Part shown: in pieces, positions 1 through 12,171 of the stretch
Layout: each line of letters starts with the position of its first letter
Numbering within the stretch: position 1 is the stretch's first letter
Assembly (NCBI GenBank): GCA_964016885.1
Contig: OZ024740.1
Location: 146,940,001 to 147,004,000 of the forward strand
Direction of reading: 5' to 3'
Source of the DNA: Eledone cirrhosa
Lineage: Eukaryota
DNA: 64,000 nt
Notes under the pieces: model-generated
Database searches by the model: none
Seen by the model: only the letters and a program-made list of their open reading frames with translations
What the model was told of the DNA's origin: nothing
Translations under genes and position numbers: made by a program

Positions 1-315
1 GGGGGGTTCGTTGCTATTTTGGGGGGATCTGTTTTTTATTTTAGGGGTCCGTCTTTTATTGGGGTGGGGACGGTTTTTTTAGAGCAGAGAGGGGGTTCGT
101 TTTTATGGGGGGGGGGGGCGTTTTTTATTTGAAGTGGGGGAGACCGTTTTCTATTGGGGTGGGGGGCTCGTTTTTTATTAGGCGGGTCCGTTTTTTCTTT
201 GGGAGTAGTCCGTTTTTTATTTGGGGGATCCGTTTTTTATTGGGGAGGGGTTCCGTTTTATTGGGGGGATCCGTTTTTTATTGGGGAGGTTTTTATTTGT
301 GGGTTCTATTTTTTT
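1..315. repeat. Degenerate G-run/T-run minisatellite (about 20-bp unit, GGGGGATCCGTTTTTTATT-like)
   Basis: Repeated ggggg..ccgtttttt(t)att blocks. The ORFs here are low-complexity artefacts. Confidence 0.75.
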
Positions 316-321
316 TATTTA

Positions 322-424
322 TATGTAGCCGGTAAGAAGCTCTGTAGCCGGTAAGATGCTAAGTAGCCGGTAAAAGCTATGTAATCTGTAAAAAGCTATG
401 TAGCCGGTAAATGCTATGTAGCCT
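322..424. repeat. Short tandem repeat, about 19-bp unit (TGTAGCCGGTAARAAGCTA-like), about 5 copies
   Basis: tgtagccggtaa recurs at about 19-nt spacing. Confidence 0.8.
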
Positions 425-454
425 CTGTGTGTGTGTGTGTGGGGGGGGGGGTTG

Positions 455-1020
455 TGTGTCGTAACATAGCGTTTATTTTTTCTTTAAAGAGATCAATAAA
501 ATATGCTGCTATCAAAGTTAACAAAATTAATTGAAAACACGATATTTGCTGGTGAAGAAATAAACACTCACACATTTATGTGTGAGTGAAAAGAAAACAG
601 ACACACGTACACACATCTGTATACTGTACAATATGCACTCATATTTATACAAAACACACACACACACACACATATTTATGTGTGTGTGTGTTTTGTATAA
701 ATATGTGTGTATATGCATATAGTGTGTCTGTTTTCTTTTCTGTATTTATATTTGACCATAATAAGTACTTTGAGCTTTACATTTAATAAGCTGTGTTTAA
801 TACAGACGAGACAGCCTTGAGACAAATAAAAAAACTCATAATTAAAAAGGAATTGACTAATTAATAGCCCTACATTCAATCGTTAGCGTCTACCCTCTAT
901 ATAGTGTCATTTAGGTTGGATGGCCATGTCTTGCTTGTAAAATGTCGAACTTTATTTTCCTCTTTCCATATAAAGTGTGAAACCATTAAGACATTTTGAA
1001 TCTGTTTTGTCGTTTCCTTG

Positions 1021-1023
<3 letters not shown>
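455..1023. repeat. Unclassified interspersed repeat; second same-orientation copy at about 9200-9690
   Basis: Shared blocks such as cattcaatcgttagcgtctaccctctatatagtgtc and tttaggttggatggccatgtcttgc in both places. Confidence 0.8.
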
Positions 1024-1115
<92 letters not shown>

Positions 1116-1119
<4 letters not shown>

Positions 1120-1877
1120 ACGGATGAAGGCGGCGCATCCACACCAGAAAAGCCGTTAGCAGGGACCGGTTCGTCCACTTCAAATCGGCCCTCCCCCTCG
1201 GTGCCAAGTCCGGATACATAAGGAGTGAACTGACACGTATCCGGAATAAATGCAGCACCACAGAAGACCGAGGCACACACACACACACTACACACTTCTT
1301 GGAAGTGCTTAAGCTAAATGGTTATCCGACATCCACCGTGAACTGCATTATAAATAGGAAACACCACATTCGAAGCACGAACTCCACCAACACCTCTTTT
1401 CTGAAGCTCCCACATTTCGGTGACGACACAACAACAGCCATCCGCAGGGAAGGAATGGACTTACAACTAGCTCATTCAGGGCCCTCCTTACGCAGACAAC
1501 TCTCTATGAGACGAACTGTTGAACGCAACAGCCTGTGCACGCTGGCCAATAATACAGATATATGTATCAATAATACAGATATATGCTATCAAGCATAGGT
1601 CGTGTACAGAGTCCAGTGTGATAAATGCGACAGCTTCTACATAGGTAGCACCTCCAGACACCTACACATCAGGATTAAAGAACACATTAACACTAACGCT
1701 TCCTCATTGAAGAAACACTTAGAGAAATGCAAAAACACTTCCAAAGAAATAACAGTTAAGGTTAAAACAAAAGAAAGAAATCTGGGCACTCTCAGAATTA
1801 AGGAAGCATTAATCATAGCCAGAACACACCCGCAAATCAATAATAGATTAGAATTAAGCGCACAATACCTAACGTAG
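1116..1877 (+). mobile_element. Penelope-like retroelement 3' fragment (end of RT, linker, GIY-YIG endonuclease), decayed
   Basis: Translation gives VYRVQCDKCDSFYIGSTSRHLHIRIKEH...LRIKEALII...PQINNR (GIY-YIG motif) after FLKLPHFG...LAHSGPSLRRQLS. Has stops/frameshifts and starts at a (TA)n tract. Confidence 0.85.
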
Positions 1878-2393
1878 AAGGTTACTGAACTCTATATAGA
1901 GCACACACAGGCCCACTTTTGACAACTTTATCCATCTGTGAGAAACCCTATATTCCGTCCATGCTTGTTAACATTTGTACGTGTGTGCTTATACACACTT
2001 GGGCGTCTAAGCGAATTTAAAGGGAAACGACTCATTGCCCCTTTGACCTGTCTTGACCTTAATTTTAACACAAAGAGTTTAAATTAAATAAATGAATAAA
2101 TAAATAAATATTAAAACCGGCCAGCATGGTACAGGAAGCCACATCGGACACTGGAATAGTTCCTTTATTTTCCTCAGTGGAAGAGATATTAATCTCGAAA
2201 TAGCACGGACACTCTATCTCAAAATTATTTTTGAAAAGCATTTAGAAATGCGCAACCAGTAAAAACTTAAAAACTTAAAACCACAACTGAATACTAACCC
2301 ATACAATCACTAATACTCTTTTATTCCTAATTAAACCATTTTTCAACTGTGAACAATTTGTCAGCATTTTCTATTCCGTTTACCAATATATAT

Positions 2394-3350
2394 ACTAGAC
2401 ATGAAAAATGCGCAAGCTCAAAAGTGCCACAGAATGTTATAATAAACCTTCAAAAGTGTGGGACTAGAGTTGTTGCTAAAAAATATTGTAATCATTATAT
2501 ATCGTACATTCTGTGGCATCCTTTATAAAAATAGCTTAAACCAACGAAGCCTTTATTTTTACGCTATTTCACTTAGTTAATTCTTAGAGTGTAACATATA
2601 AAAATATGATTTACAACTATAAAATAAATTAATTAATATAATAACAGAGCTGCGGAGCTGAAATTTAGGAAATAATGGAGTATCGGATCCTGAGTTGGAG
2701 CCAGTCAATTTTTGGCCGACTCCGCAGCCCTGTATAATACATTTCATATTAAAGTTATTAATAAACCTATTTTACACTGCATGCAAATTACCATGAGATA
2801 TTGATATTAGATATAAGATACAGCGCAATATCTACAGCTGTAAAAGTACGAAAGCGAAGTAATAATAAGTGGCTTAAGGTAATTCCAATATGAAAGTTTG
2901 TAGTGATAAAAATTTGATAATGCAATACGATTGTTAATATTATAGTTCTATGAAAATGTAACAATAGATAACTAAATTATTTTACTATTAGTATATTTAA
3001 GAAATTATCATTATAGATTTGATCGTTCATATAAGCATCATATTAAGTTTCAACACAATTATTTTGTTACTATGAGTATATGATAATAATATTACGTAAT
3101 TATTTATAGCTGTTATTACATTAAACATAGATGTATTTATTTTTATATGTTACACTCTAAGAATTAACTAAGTGAAATAGCGTAAAAATAAAGGCTTCGT
3201 TGGTTTAAGCTATTTTTATAAAGGATGCCACAGAATGTACGATATATAATGATTACAATATTTTTTAGCAACAACTCTAGTCCCACACTTTTGAAGGTTT
3301 ATTATAACATTCTGTGGCACTTTTGAGCTTGCGCATTTTTCATGTCTAGT
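2394..3350. repeat. Inverted repeat, about 210-bp arms (2394-2605 / 3138-3350)
   Basis: actagacatgaaaaatgcgcaagctc... is the reverse complement of ...gagcttgcgcatttttcatgtctagt; arms are near identical. Confidence 0.9.
2645..2732. mobile_element. 88-bp hAT-like MITE
   Basis: TIRs CAGAGCTGCGGAG / CTCCGCAGCCCTG; flanks TATAATAA / TATAATAC form a 7/8-matching 8-bp TSD. Confidence 0.65.
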
Positions 3351-3969
3351 TTAATATTTTTTTAAGGCAACGCTTGTTAAACGCTTGTTAAGGATATATA
3401 TATTTTAAGGCAACTCTAGTTAAACAGGATATATATTAATAATAAATTATCGTTGTAATGTAATTAGATTATGTAATTGTTATTATAAATTATCTTATAA
3501 ATATTAGTGTAAGATGTATAAAAATATTTTCAGACTTTTAATATAAACAACTACAAAAAACAATCAATATTAAATCAATATATTATACATAATAGAAAAC
3601 ATAAAATAAACAATACAAAAACAAAATATTTACATACAATTGCAATTATCAGTGTATATACATTTTCTTTATATTCCCTGAGCAAATTAATAAGATTTGT
3701 TTTTATTGTACATAATTTGATGACTTGTTGGAGTGTATTAAAAGATAGCAACAATTTGTGATTAAATTGTTATCTTAAGCAACTCACTTTTTAATAGTTG
3801 TTGGCTGAGCGAAATTGTAAAAGCCTATGAGCAAATATAAAAAAAAATACACAAACAACATTTCCTTGTGTTATTACAACATTAGATAAAATAATTGAGC
3901 AATGTCGTTATATTTTGCTCTTATTGCACATTAATAGTGTTTCTATTTTTCGGCACAAATCCATTACGG

Positions 3970-4105
3970 CAGTCCATTACTGGTACTTTATTTTATCGAA
4001 TTAGTAAGTATGAAAGTCGAAGTTAACCTCGGCAGGATTTGAACTTAGAATGCAAAGGACCATAACAATACTGCAAAGCATGGTGTCTGACGCTCTACCA
4101 ATACT
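3970..4105 (-). mobile_element. tRNA-derived SINE fragment (same family as 48468-48655)
   Basis: actggtactttattttatcga...aagttaacctcggcaggatttgaact is the reverse complement of the SINE core. Confidence 0.7.
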
Positions 4106-4569
4106 TGTGTTGAGCTGGTCATTAATTTATGGTGGTCGTGCGTGGAGTAGAGCAATCGCTAGTTGAAATATTATGAACAAAACATTTTTATTTGCCGAAG
4201 AACATATTTTCAATACTGTTTGTGAATGTGACGAAGGAAATACATTCTGATATGGAACAGTGTACAAAGTGTGTCTGTGAATAACATAATGTTACCTCAT
4301 GTTGTTGTCAAGACATAATGGATTTCGTATATCCAGTTAGAAGATGAAACCTAGCCATCTCGGATTAGTTATATTTCATGCCATGTGTAAACGTGTTTGA
4401 GGATAGCAAAATATGCGTGTTTCTTGTCTGGAAACTTTCTGCTAAACTGATTGGTTTCGTTTTTGGCACTATACAATACTCATCCAACAGATAGCTGTAT
4501 TGGATCCTTGATTGGTTAATATTTAGGTGAGGGTGCTTGATACAGAGTTAGTGCAAAATGGATCAATGT

Positions 4570-5230
4570 GTAATAATAATAATGATAATAATAATGAAAA
4601 TATTGTGTACAATGCTGAGGTGCACTACAACTCATCAAAAGTGCATATATAATACATAGGGTAATATAAAAACGTCATGAAAAAGAACAGTGCATGAGTC
4701 ATGATATACACATATGTGCATGTGTATGGAAGGGGGACATCAGGTGTAGTTTTGGTGTATTTCGGAATGTATGATGGTTTTAAAGGATGCAGTGTGTCAT
4801 CAGCTAACAACTGATGCAGGAAGTTTGTTCCATCCTTCAGCAACTCTGAGCATGAAGAAATATTTCCTAAAGTCATGGGAGCTGTGTTGTTTTCTGACTT
4901 TGTAGGCATGTCCACGTGTTAGACACATGGAGATCAAAAAGGTGTTCGGGGTTGTTGTTGTTGGTCGGATGGTTAATAACTTTGTGGGTGTTTACCAAGT
5001 CCATTGCCAGAGGGAAGCAAAATATTCAGGGTATGGTAGGTGTCTGATGGAGGATATGCGCTTGGTTGCATGTCTCTGAACAGTTTCCAGGAGGTCAATG
5101 TTCTGAGCAAGATAGGGGTTCCAGACTGATGACGCGAACTCCAAGTGTATTCGTACCATAGATGTATACAGCTTTAAATAGATGGCTGGAGGGCAGCTAA
5201 TGAAGGTCTTGCTGATTGATGCCAAGTCAA
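4570..5230 (-). mobile_element. CR1/L2-like LINE 3' fragment with (TTA)n tail
   Basis: ORF 4992-5225 has LYTSMVRIHLEFASSVWNPY...LETVQRHATKRI, typical of the CR1-group ORF2 C-terminus; simple-repeat tail at about 4570-4595. Confidence 0.75.
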
Positions 5231-5437
5231 TCTTAATAAATTGACTGATTTATCTGTTCACTACTGCTAATCCACCGCTGTTTGTACAATTTTTTAGATA
5301 ATGTCAATTTGAGCTTGAATCATTGGCGTAATGAAATTTGAAAAGATTATAAGCAAATCTTTTTTAAAATACACAGACAACATTTAACTGTATCGTTGCA
5401 ACGTTAGATCTAATAATGGAGCAACATTTGTGCAGAA

Positions 5438-5902
5438 TTATTGTTTGTGCAATAAGATATTTGCAGATCTGTACTTGGTCTGCTCTTTAGCCAACTCGGT
5501 ACGTTTAGAAGCTCTACGCTCGGCTTGCTTTTGAGATATAATAGCTGAATTTGCAGATCTATACTTGGCCTGCTTGTTTGCCAACTCATACCGTTTTGAA
5601 CATCTATACTTGGCCTGTTTTTGTGTTAATTTAGCAAAATTCACAGCTCTATAATCGGCCTGTTTTTGTCTCAACTTCTCCCGATTCCGCATCCGGTAAG
5701 CTGCTTTCACATCCAATTTAATACGCCCATCTAGATTATTAGCACAGGAATGTGAACAAGCTTGTGGGACCGCATCATTGTAAGTATATGAACTGCCTGC
5801 AACATCAAGACCCAATTCACAAGTGCAGCGTTGCTCATTCACATCGGCAGTGGGGACACCAAAATCCGTGACAGGTCTCGATTCACTCGCGAGATACATC
5901 AC
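5438..5902 (-). other. Orphan ORF with about six 15-aa basic repeats (..KQAKYR..), probably a transposon-derived remnant
   Basis: LRQKQADYRAVNFAK/LTQKQAKYRCSKRYE/LANKQAKYRSANSAI/ISQKQAERRASKRTE/LAKEQTKYRSAN periodicity. Confidence 0.4.
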
Positions 5903-6179
5903 AGCTACACTATATATTTAAACATATAGACAGTGATACCTCGCTACTTGGCGGTTCAACTATCGCGGATTCACGATTTCGCGCATTTTTAGAATATATA
6001 TATGAACACCTAAAATTTTTCATTAAATCCATTAAAATATTAATAATAAACACAGTTCTAATCATACGCTATATATATATATATATAAATATAAGTAATT
6101 AATACCGTATAAATGGTACAAAGACTGTTTATGTAAAATGTATTTCTCAACAGAGTATTGAATACTTAGGAGAAATTCA

Positions 6180-6510
<331 letters not shown>

Positions 6511-8011
6511 TCTAGTCCTTCGCTCAAGATTAATCTATAAGTTTAGATGTCTGCCTTCGTTTAAGTAAATATTACAGTAAGATTTTTAATATAAACAACT
6601 ACAAAAAACAATTAATATTAAAACGAAAAAATTATCAATGATAAAAGAAGCGGATGCAACTTTTTTTTTTATAAAGTTATATTCCTGTTTCTTTAAAGAA
6701 CATTTCATTTTTGTTCTATTGTAGGCGAAATAATGCAATGGTTTAATAGGGAAGATATAACTTACCAATAATGTCTCTAACCGTGTAACGCTTTTTAAGT
6801 AGATAACTACAATTGAAAATACTAAAAAAAATGGAACCAACAATTCAATTTGAAAGTCGTCTACTTATAGTGACAGTGTATTACTGGTACTTTATTTTAT
6901 CGACCCCGTAACGATGAAATGCAAATGCTTAAAATTTAAATTGCCTTAATTCTATCGTCTGCTGTTTCATTAAAGGGAGATTCTCGTCTGTATTTAATTC
7001 TATCGTCTACTGTTCCACTAAACAGATATACCTCCACTATCGTCTCTATTTATACATTTTAACTTATAACTTATACACATTTGATTTGAAATATTTTATC
7101 TAGTCCCCCCTCTCAATATTATGATGATTTCTTTCGAATGAAACAGTTCTAATCCTGTAGAAGCCATTTATATATATAATTGAACTGAGTTAAAAATTCA
7201 CAATATTTATAATTAAATAAGCTCATATATATATGTGTGTATTTATCTGTTTATTGTATTATATATAATGTGTGTATATACAGGATGTCCCCCAAAAATA
7301 TATACACACTTCAACAGCATTCTAATAACTATTGCCTGTACAGGTAAAGTGTCAATCGAATGTTAGTTTCGTGTTTTAACAGTACAAATTTACAATACAC
7401 ACATAAAACCAGTGTATATACATACATGAGTGTGTATACACATACATGAATGTGTATATACAATATATATGTATATATATATAGACACATATATTCACGG
7501 TGCAACGGAACATTAAAATATAGATGCGGGAGGGGGGGGGTGTATATATAGGGGCGCTGGGGATAAAGGAGTGTAAAGCGTGTGTAATTGATATATTGAA
7601 GGAGAGGAGCGTGCAGCGATAGAGTAACAAATATATAGAGAGGGGGAGAGATGGTATTGAAGGGGAGGAGTGCAAAGCGAAAGAGTAAGAGATATATATA
7701 TAGAGACGGAACAGATAGAGAGAAACAGGCGTAAGTAACAGTGGAAGAGATATATAGAGAGGGGGAAATGTGTTATTGAAGGGGAGGAGTGTAAAGCGTA
7801 AGATATATATATAGAGAGGGGGAATAGTATATATATATATCAACACTTACTCTGATTGGTTGAAAATTAGCCAATGACATACGATCACCACCACCACGGC
7901 TATCCCGGGAAAATTTATGAAGATGTTAGGCATATATGTTAGAACACGAAAAGTGAACATTCTGTTGTTTCACACTTTTCGTGTTCTAACAGATATATAT
8001 ATATATATATA

Positions 8012-8527
8012 TCCTTCTTTCTTCTCATGTGTTTTATATATATTTACCTCGGCTGCGTTTGTCTGTTTCTCTCTTACTGCTTCCCCGCTCTCTCTGTTTC
8101 TCTCACCTTCTTTCGCCCCCGCTGTCAGTTACACTTTCTCTCGACTGACCTCTTCCTCACACTTCCCCTCACTCACTCTCTGTTTCTCCCCTTCTCACTT
8201 CCTCCCGTTTGGCTTGTGTGGGTCTCTTCTTGCTTACATCGACACGGTCTGTACCTCTTTCGCTCATGAAATCAACCCAACTTATGCTGACCGGACAACC
8301 ATGTTGCTTGTTTATTTTCCTATCTTCGGTTTGCTTTTATCCTTCTATGTTGTTTACTTGTCCCCCTCGCTTTACGCAAATTACTGGTCCCAATAACATT
8401 TTTTAGTTATTGCTCGCACCAACCTGAGGTATCTGATTTTTAATGATGGTTGGAAAATCACTGACAAGGGACTATTTTTATCATATGTAACCCATGTGCA
8501 AACCACGCAGCATTCTTCTTTCTTCTC

Positions 8528-8535
<8 letters not shown>
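8012..8535. repeat. Interspersed ~530-bp repeat; related inverted copy with tandem redundancy at 13600-14326
   Basis: Reverse-complement similarity to 13600-14130; its start motif cttctttcttctcatg recurs at its end. Confidence 0.75.
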
Positions 8536-8574
<39 letters not shown>

Positions 8575-8576
<2 letters not shown>

Positions 8577-8950
8577 CGTTTGATTGAAAGTAGATTGAAA
8601 TATTTTTTCTTGGTTCAACATTAAAATAACTAAAAGGGAAATTTCTGTTCTATTTCCACCATTCTAAAGTATAAGATATGTTATTTGAAAGGGATTTGGC
8701 TGTTGTGTCTAACATTTTCTTTTATATAAATTTCAATGTTTCACTGCTGTTTCTACCATTGTTATTGACAAAGTCCATACGCAGGGTTTAACGTTTCATA
8801 TTTACCTCCCTTTGACCGTGATACTTGCCTGGGTTTTCGAAAATAGTGACATCACTAATTTTGCTCATAACTTTCTTAATAATTCGTATATTTAATTGCA
8901 ATTTTATAGAAAAACTTATTAAAGTGTGTAGATTACAGTTCTGTAAGTTA
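8575..8950. repeat. Unclassified interspersed repeat; diverged copy at about 38667-39040
   Basis: Shared aaatagt(g/a)acatca..cataactt and acttattaaagtgtgtagattacag; both begin at a (TA)n tract. Confidence 0.7.
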
Positions 8951-9862
8951 ATATACACATTTTAAAGTAGATTTGACCAAGACTAGAATATGTGATTAAT
9001 GGTATATTTATTTGCTATTTCTCTCATTTTCTGACACATTAAATGTATCTACGGTTTGAGGAAGATTTCGTTGCTACAACTAGCATTGCCTAAGACACCA
9101 GAAAAAAGTATTTCACTGTGCTCACAGCATTTTACAAAACTGTGTTGTGTGAGGGAGATTTGATGTTGTTTTTAATAGGTTTTATGCCATATTTATATAT
9201 GTATGTGTCCCGTAAAATGGAATTTATTTTTCTTTTAAAGAGATCGATAAAATAAGCTGCTATAAAAGTTACCAAAATTAATTCAAAACATACGTTTGCT
9301 GGTGAACACACACACACACATACATGTGTGTGTGTGTTTTGTATAAATGTGTGTGTATATGTATACAGTGTACATATGTGTGCACGTGTGTCTGTTTTTT
9401 TTTTTTTTATATTTGATCATGTTAAATACTATGAGCTATACATTTAATACGCTGTTTTCAGAATACAGAAGACTTGAAATAAATGAAAAAAAAACCCCCC
9501 TCATAATTAAAAGGAATTGATTAATTAATAACCCTACATTCAATCGTTAGCGTCTACCCTCTATATAGTGTCGTTTAGGTTGGATGGCCATGTCTTGCGC
9601 ATAAAATGTCGACCTTTCTTTCTCCCTTTTCATATAAAGTGTGAAACTAATAAGACATTTTGTATCTCTGTTTTGTCGTTTCCTTGAACTTTATGTATAA
9701 ATATCTATATTTACAACTTAGCTTCGACATGAATGTGAATTTCGTATATCTAAAGATATACGGTATGTTTAATAAATAAACATTTTGAAAGCCTCAGCTA
9801 TGAATAGATGGTTGACGGCTAGCGCCGTCTAGCGGAATCCAGCAGAAGCAAGGGGGATAATT

Positions 9863-9899
9863 GTCTATGCATTTCGAACTTAAATGGTCTCATCAGGAC
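9863..9899 (-). ncRNA. Minimal type I hammerhead ribozyme motif
   Basis: Minus strand: GTC-CTGATGA-GACCATTTAAGTTC-GAAA-TGCA-TA-GAC. Palindromic stem III; weak stems I and II. Confidence 0.55.
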
Positions 9900-10513
9900 C
9901 ATACTCTCCCAATAAGACAGGCGAAAAACTATATATTTTTGCCTGCCCTGATGAAAACCATATATGTGTGTGTATATATATATATTGAAGGATAAGTGTT
10001 TCAAACTGTATTTTATCATGAGTTAAAGGTCTATAGATTTTTCCCTGGATTTTACTAAATTCTGTGGATGAATTTATATCCTGATTCTCTTTTGAGATGA
10101 GTTTGAGTTATTTTTCCTAAATCTTTCGTTAACTACTTTTCCCATCTTGACGTTATAGTCGCATATATGTTATAGAATGCCGTTAGCTTCTTGCTAAAAC
10201 AATCTCTATACCTTTCATTTATATTTATACTCGGATTCTTTTCCTAGAGTGCTTAAACTATCTGTGACTAATCCCGGTTTTTTTCATAAAAACTGTGATA
10301 ATTATTGCTATTTTGCTGAACTCCTTTGTAGAGTTTTTTTCAGAATGTATTTGACTGCTATTTCTTGTAAATAAACATTCACTTCCATCCTGACGTCACT
10401 AGCCCCGTTTTTTCCTCATGTGCTTTTTCATGAATACACATGAAGGCGAACTAGCCAGTTTTAGAATTCCCTTTTTCGGATTATACTACTGTGAGAGCCC
10501 TGGTTTCTGTTGA

Positions 10514-10594
10514 GCTCTGCTGATGAATGAAATCCAACCGTGACCATCTCCACTGAAAGTTTTCATGAAATAGTCTTTTAAGACTATACAGAGC
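10514..10594 (+). ncRNA. Type I hammerhead ribozyme (array copy 1)
   Basis: GCTCTG-CTGATGA-ATGAAA..28 nt..TTTCAT-GAAA-TAGTCTT-TT-AAGACTA-TA-CAGAGC. All three stems pair; predicted cut after AUA at 10588. Confidence 0.9.
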
Positions 10595-11142
10595 ATTTGA
10601 TGTTATTCCAAATTGAAGGATAAGTGTTTCAAACTGTATTTTATCATGAGTTAAAGGTCTATAGATTTTTCCCTGGATTTTACTAAATTCTGTGGATGAA
10701 TTTATATCCTGATTCTCTTTTGAGATGAGTTTGAGTTATTTTTCCTAAATCTTTCGTTAACTACTTTTCCCATCTTGACGTTATAGTCGCATATATGTTA
10801 TAGAATGCCGTTAGCTTCTTGCTAAAACAATCTCTATACCTTTCATTTATATTTATACTCGGATTCTTTTCCTAGAGTGCTTAAACTATCTGTGACTAAT
10901 CCCGGTTTTTTTCATAAAAACTGTGATAATTATTGCTATTTTGCTGAACTCCTTTGTAGAGTTTTTTTTCAGAATGTATTTGACTGCTATTTCTTGTAAA
11001 TAAACATTCACTTCCATCCTGACGTCACTAGCCCCGTTTTTTCCTCATGTGCTTTTTCATGAATACACATGAAGGCGAACTAGCCAGTTTTAGAATTCCC
11101 TTTTTCGGATTATACTACTGTGAGAGCCCTGGTTTCTGTTGA

Positions 11143-11223
11143 GCTCTGCTGATGAATGAAATCCAACCGTGACCATCTCCACTGAAAGTTTTCATGAAAT
11201 AGTCTTTTAAGACTATACAGAGC
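11143..11223 (+). ncRNA. Type I hammerhead ribozyme (array copy 2)
   Basis: Same sequence as 10514-10594. Confidence 0.9.
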
Positions 11224-11773
11224 ATTTGATGTTATTCCAAATTGAAGGATAAGTGTTTCAAACTGTATTTTATCATGAGTTAAAGGTCTATAGATTTTTC
11301 CCTGGATTTTACTAAATTCTGTGGATGAATTTATATCCTGATTCTCTTTTGAGATGAGTTTGAGTTATTTTTCCTAAATCTTTCGTTAACTACTTTTCCC
11401 ATCTTGACGTTATAGTCGCATATATGTTATAGAATGCCGTTAGCTTCTTGCTAAAACAATCTCTATACCTTTCATTTATATTTATACTCGGATTCTTTTC
11501 CTAGAGTGCTTAAACTATCTGTGACTAATCCCGGTTTTTTTTTTCATAAAAACTGTGATAATTATTGCTATTTTGCTGAACTCCTTTGTAGAGTTTTTTT
11601 CAGAATGTATTTGACTGCTATTTCTTGTAAATAAACATTCACTTCCATCCTGACGTCACTAGCCCCGTTTTTTCCTCATGTGCTTTTTCATGAATACACA
11701 TGAAGGCGAACTAGCCAGTTTTAGAATTCCCTTTTTCGGATTATACTACTGTGAGAGCCCTGGTTTCTGTTGA

Positions 11774-11854
11774 GCTCTGCTGATGAATGAAATCCAACCG
11801 TGACCATCTCCACTGAAAGTTTTCATGAAATAGTCTTTTAAGACTATACAGAGC
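11774..11854 (+). ncRNA. Type I hammerhead ribozyme (array copy 3)
   Basis: Same sequence as 10514-10594. Confidence 0.9.
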
Positions 11855-12104
11855 ATTTGATGTTATTCCAAATTGAAGGATAAGTGTTTCAAACTGTATT
11901 TTATCATGAGTTAAAGGTCTATAGATTTTTCCCTGGATTTTACTAAATTCTGTGGATGAATTTATATCCTGATTCTCTTTTGAGATGAGTTTGAGTTATT
12001 TTTCCTAAATCTTTCGTTAACTACTTTTCCCATCTTGACGTTATAGTCGCATATATGTTATAGAATGCCGTTAGCTTCTTGCTAAAACAATCTCTATACC
12101 TTTC

Positions 12105-12165
<61 letters not shown>

Positions 12166-12171
<6 letters not shown>

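Larger units (their letters stand above)
9984..12110 (+). mobile_element. Tandem array of ~629-bp non-coding units (3.4 copies), one hammerhead per full unit; retrozyme-like or Penelope pLTR-like
   Basis: attgaaggataagtg starts at 9984, 10612, 11241 and 11872. Visible differences are T-homopolymer lengths. Flanked by TA repeats. Confidence 0.85.

Noticed and set aside
2165-2215. Possible hammerhead downstream of the first Penelope fragment (GAGAT ATTA ATCTC GAAA)
   Set aside because: No CUGANGA core and no consistent stem I/III.
4140-4520. Non-repetitive stretch considered as a host exon
   Set aside because: The minus-strand frames I checked contain stops and I found no convincing splice pair.
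7279-7330. Mariner-like TIR (TACAGGATGTCCC); also a pogo-like end at about 5931
   Set aside because: No partner TIR or transposase found; single ends only.
9984-12110. CRISPR-like or prokaryotic interpretation of the regular repeats
   Set aside because: Units are whole-length duplicates with no unique spacers, there are no cas genes, and the context is eukaryotic.
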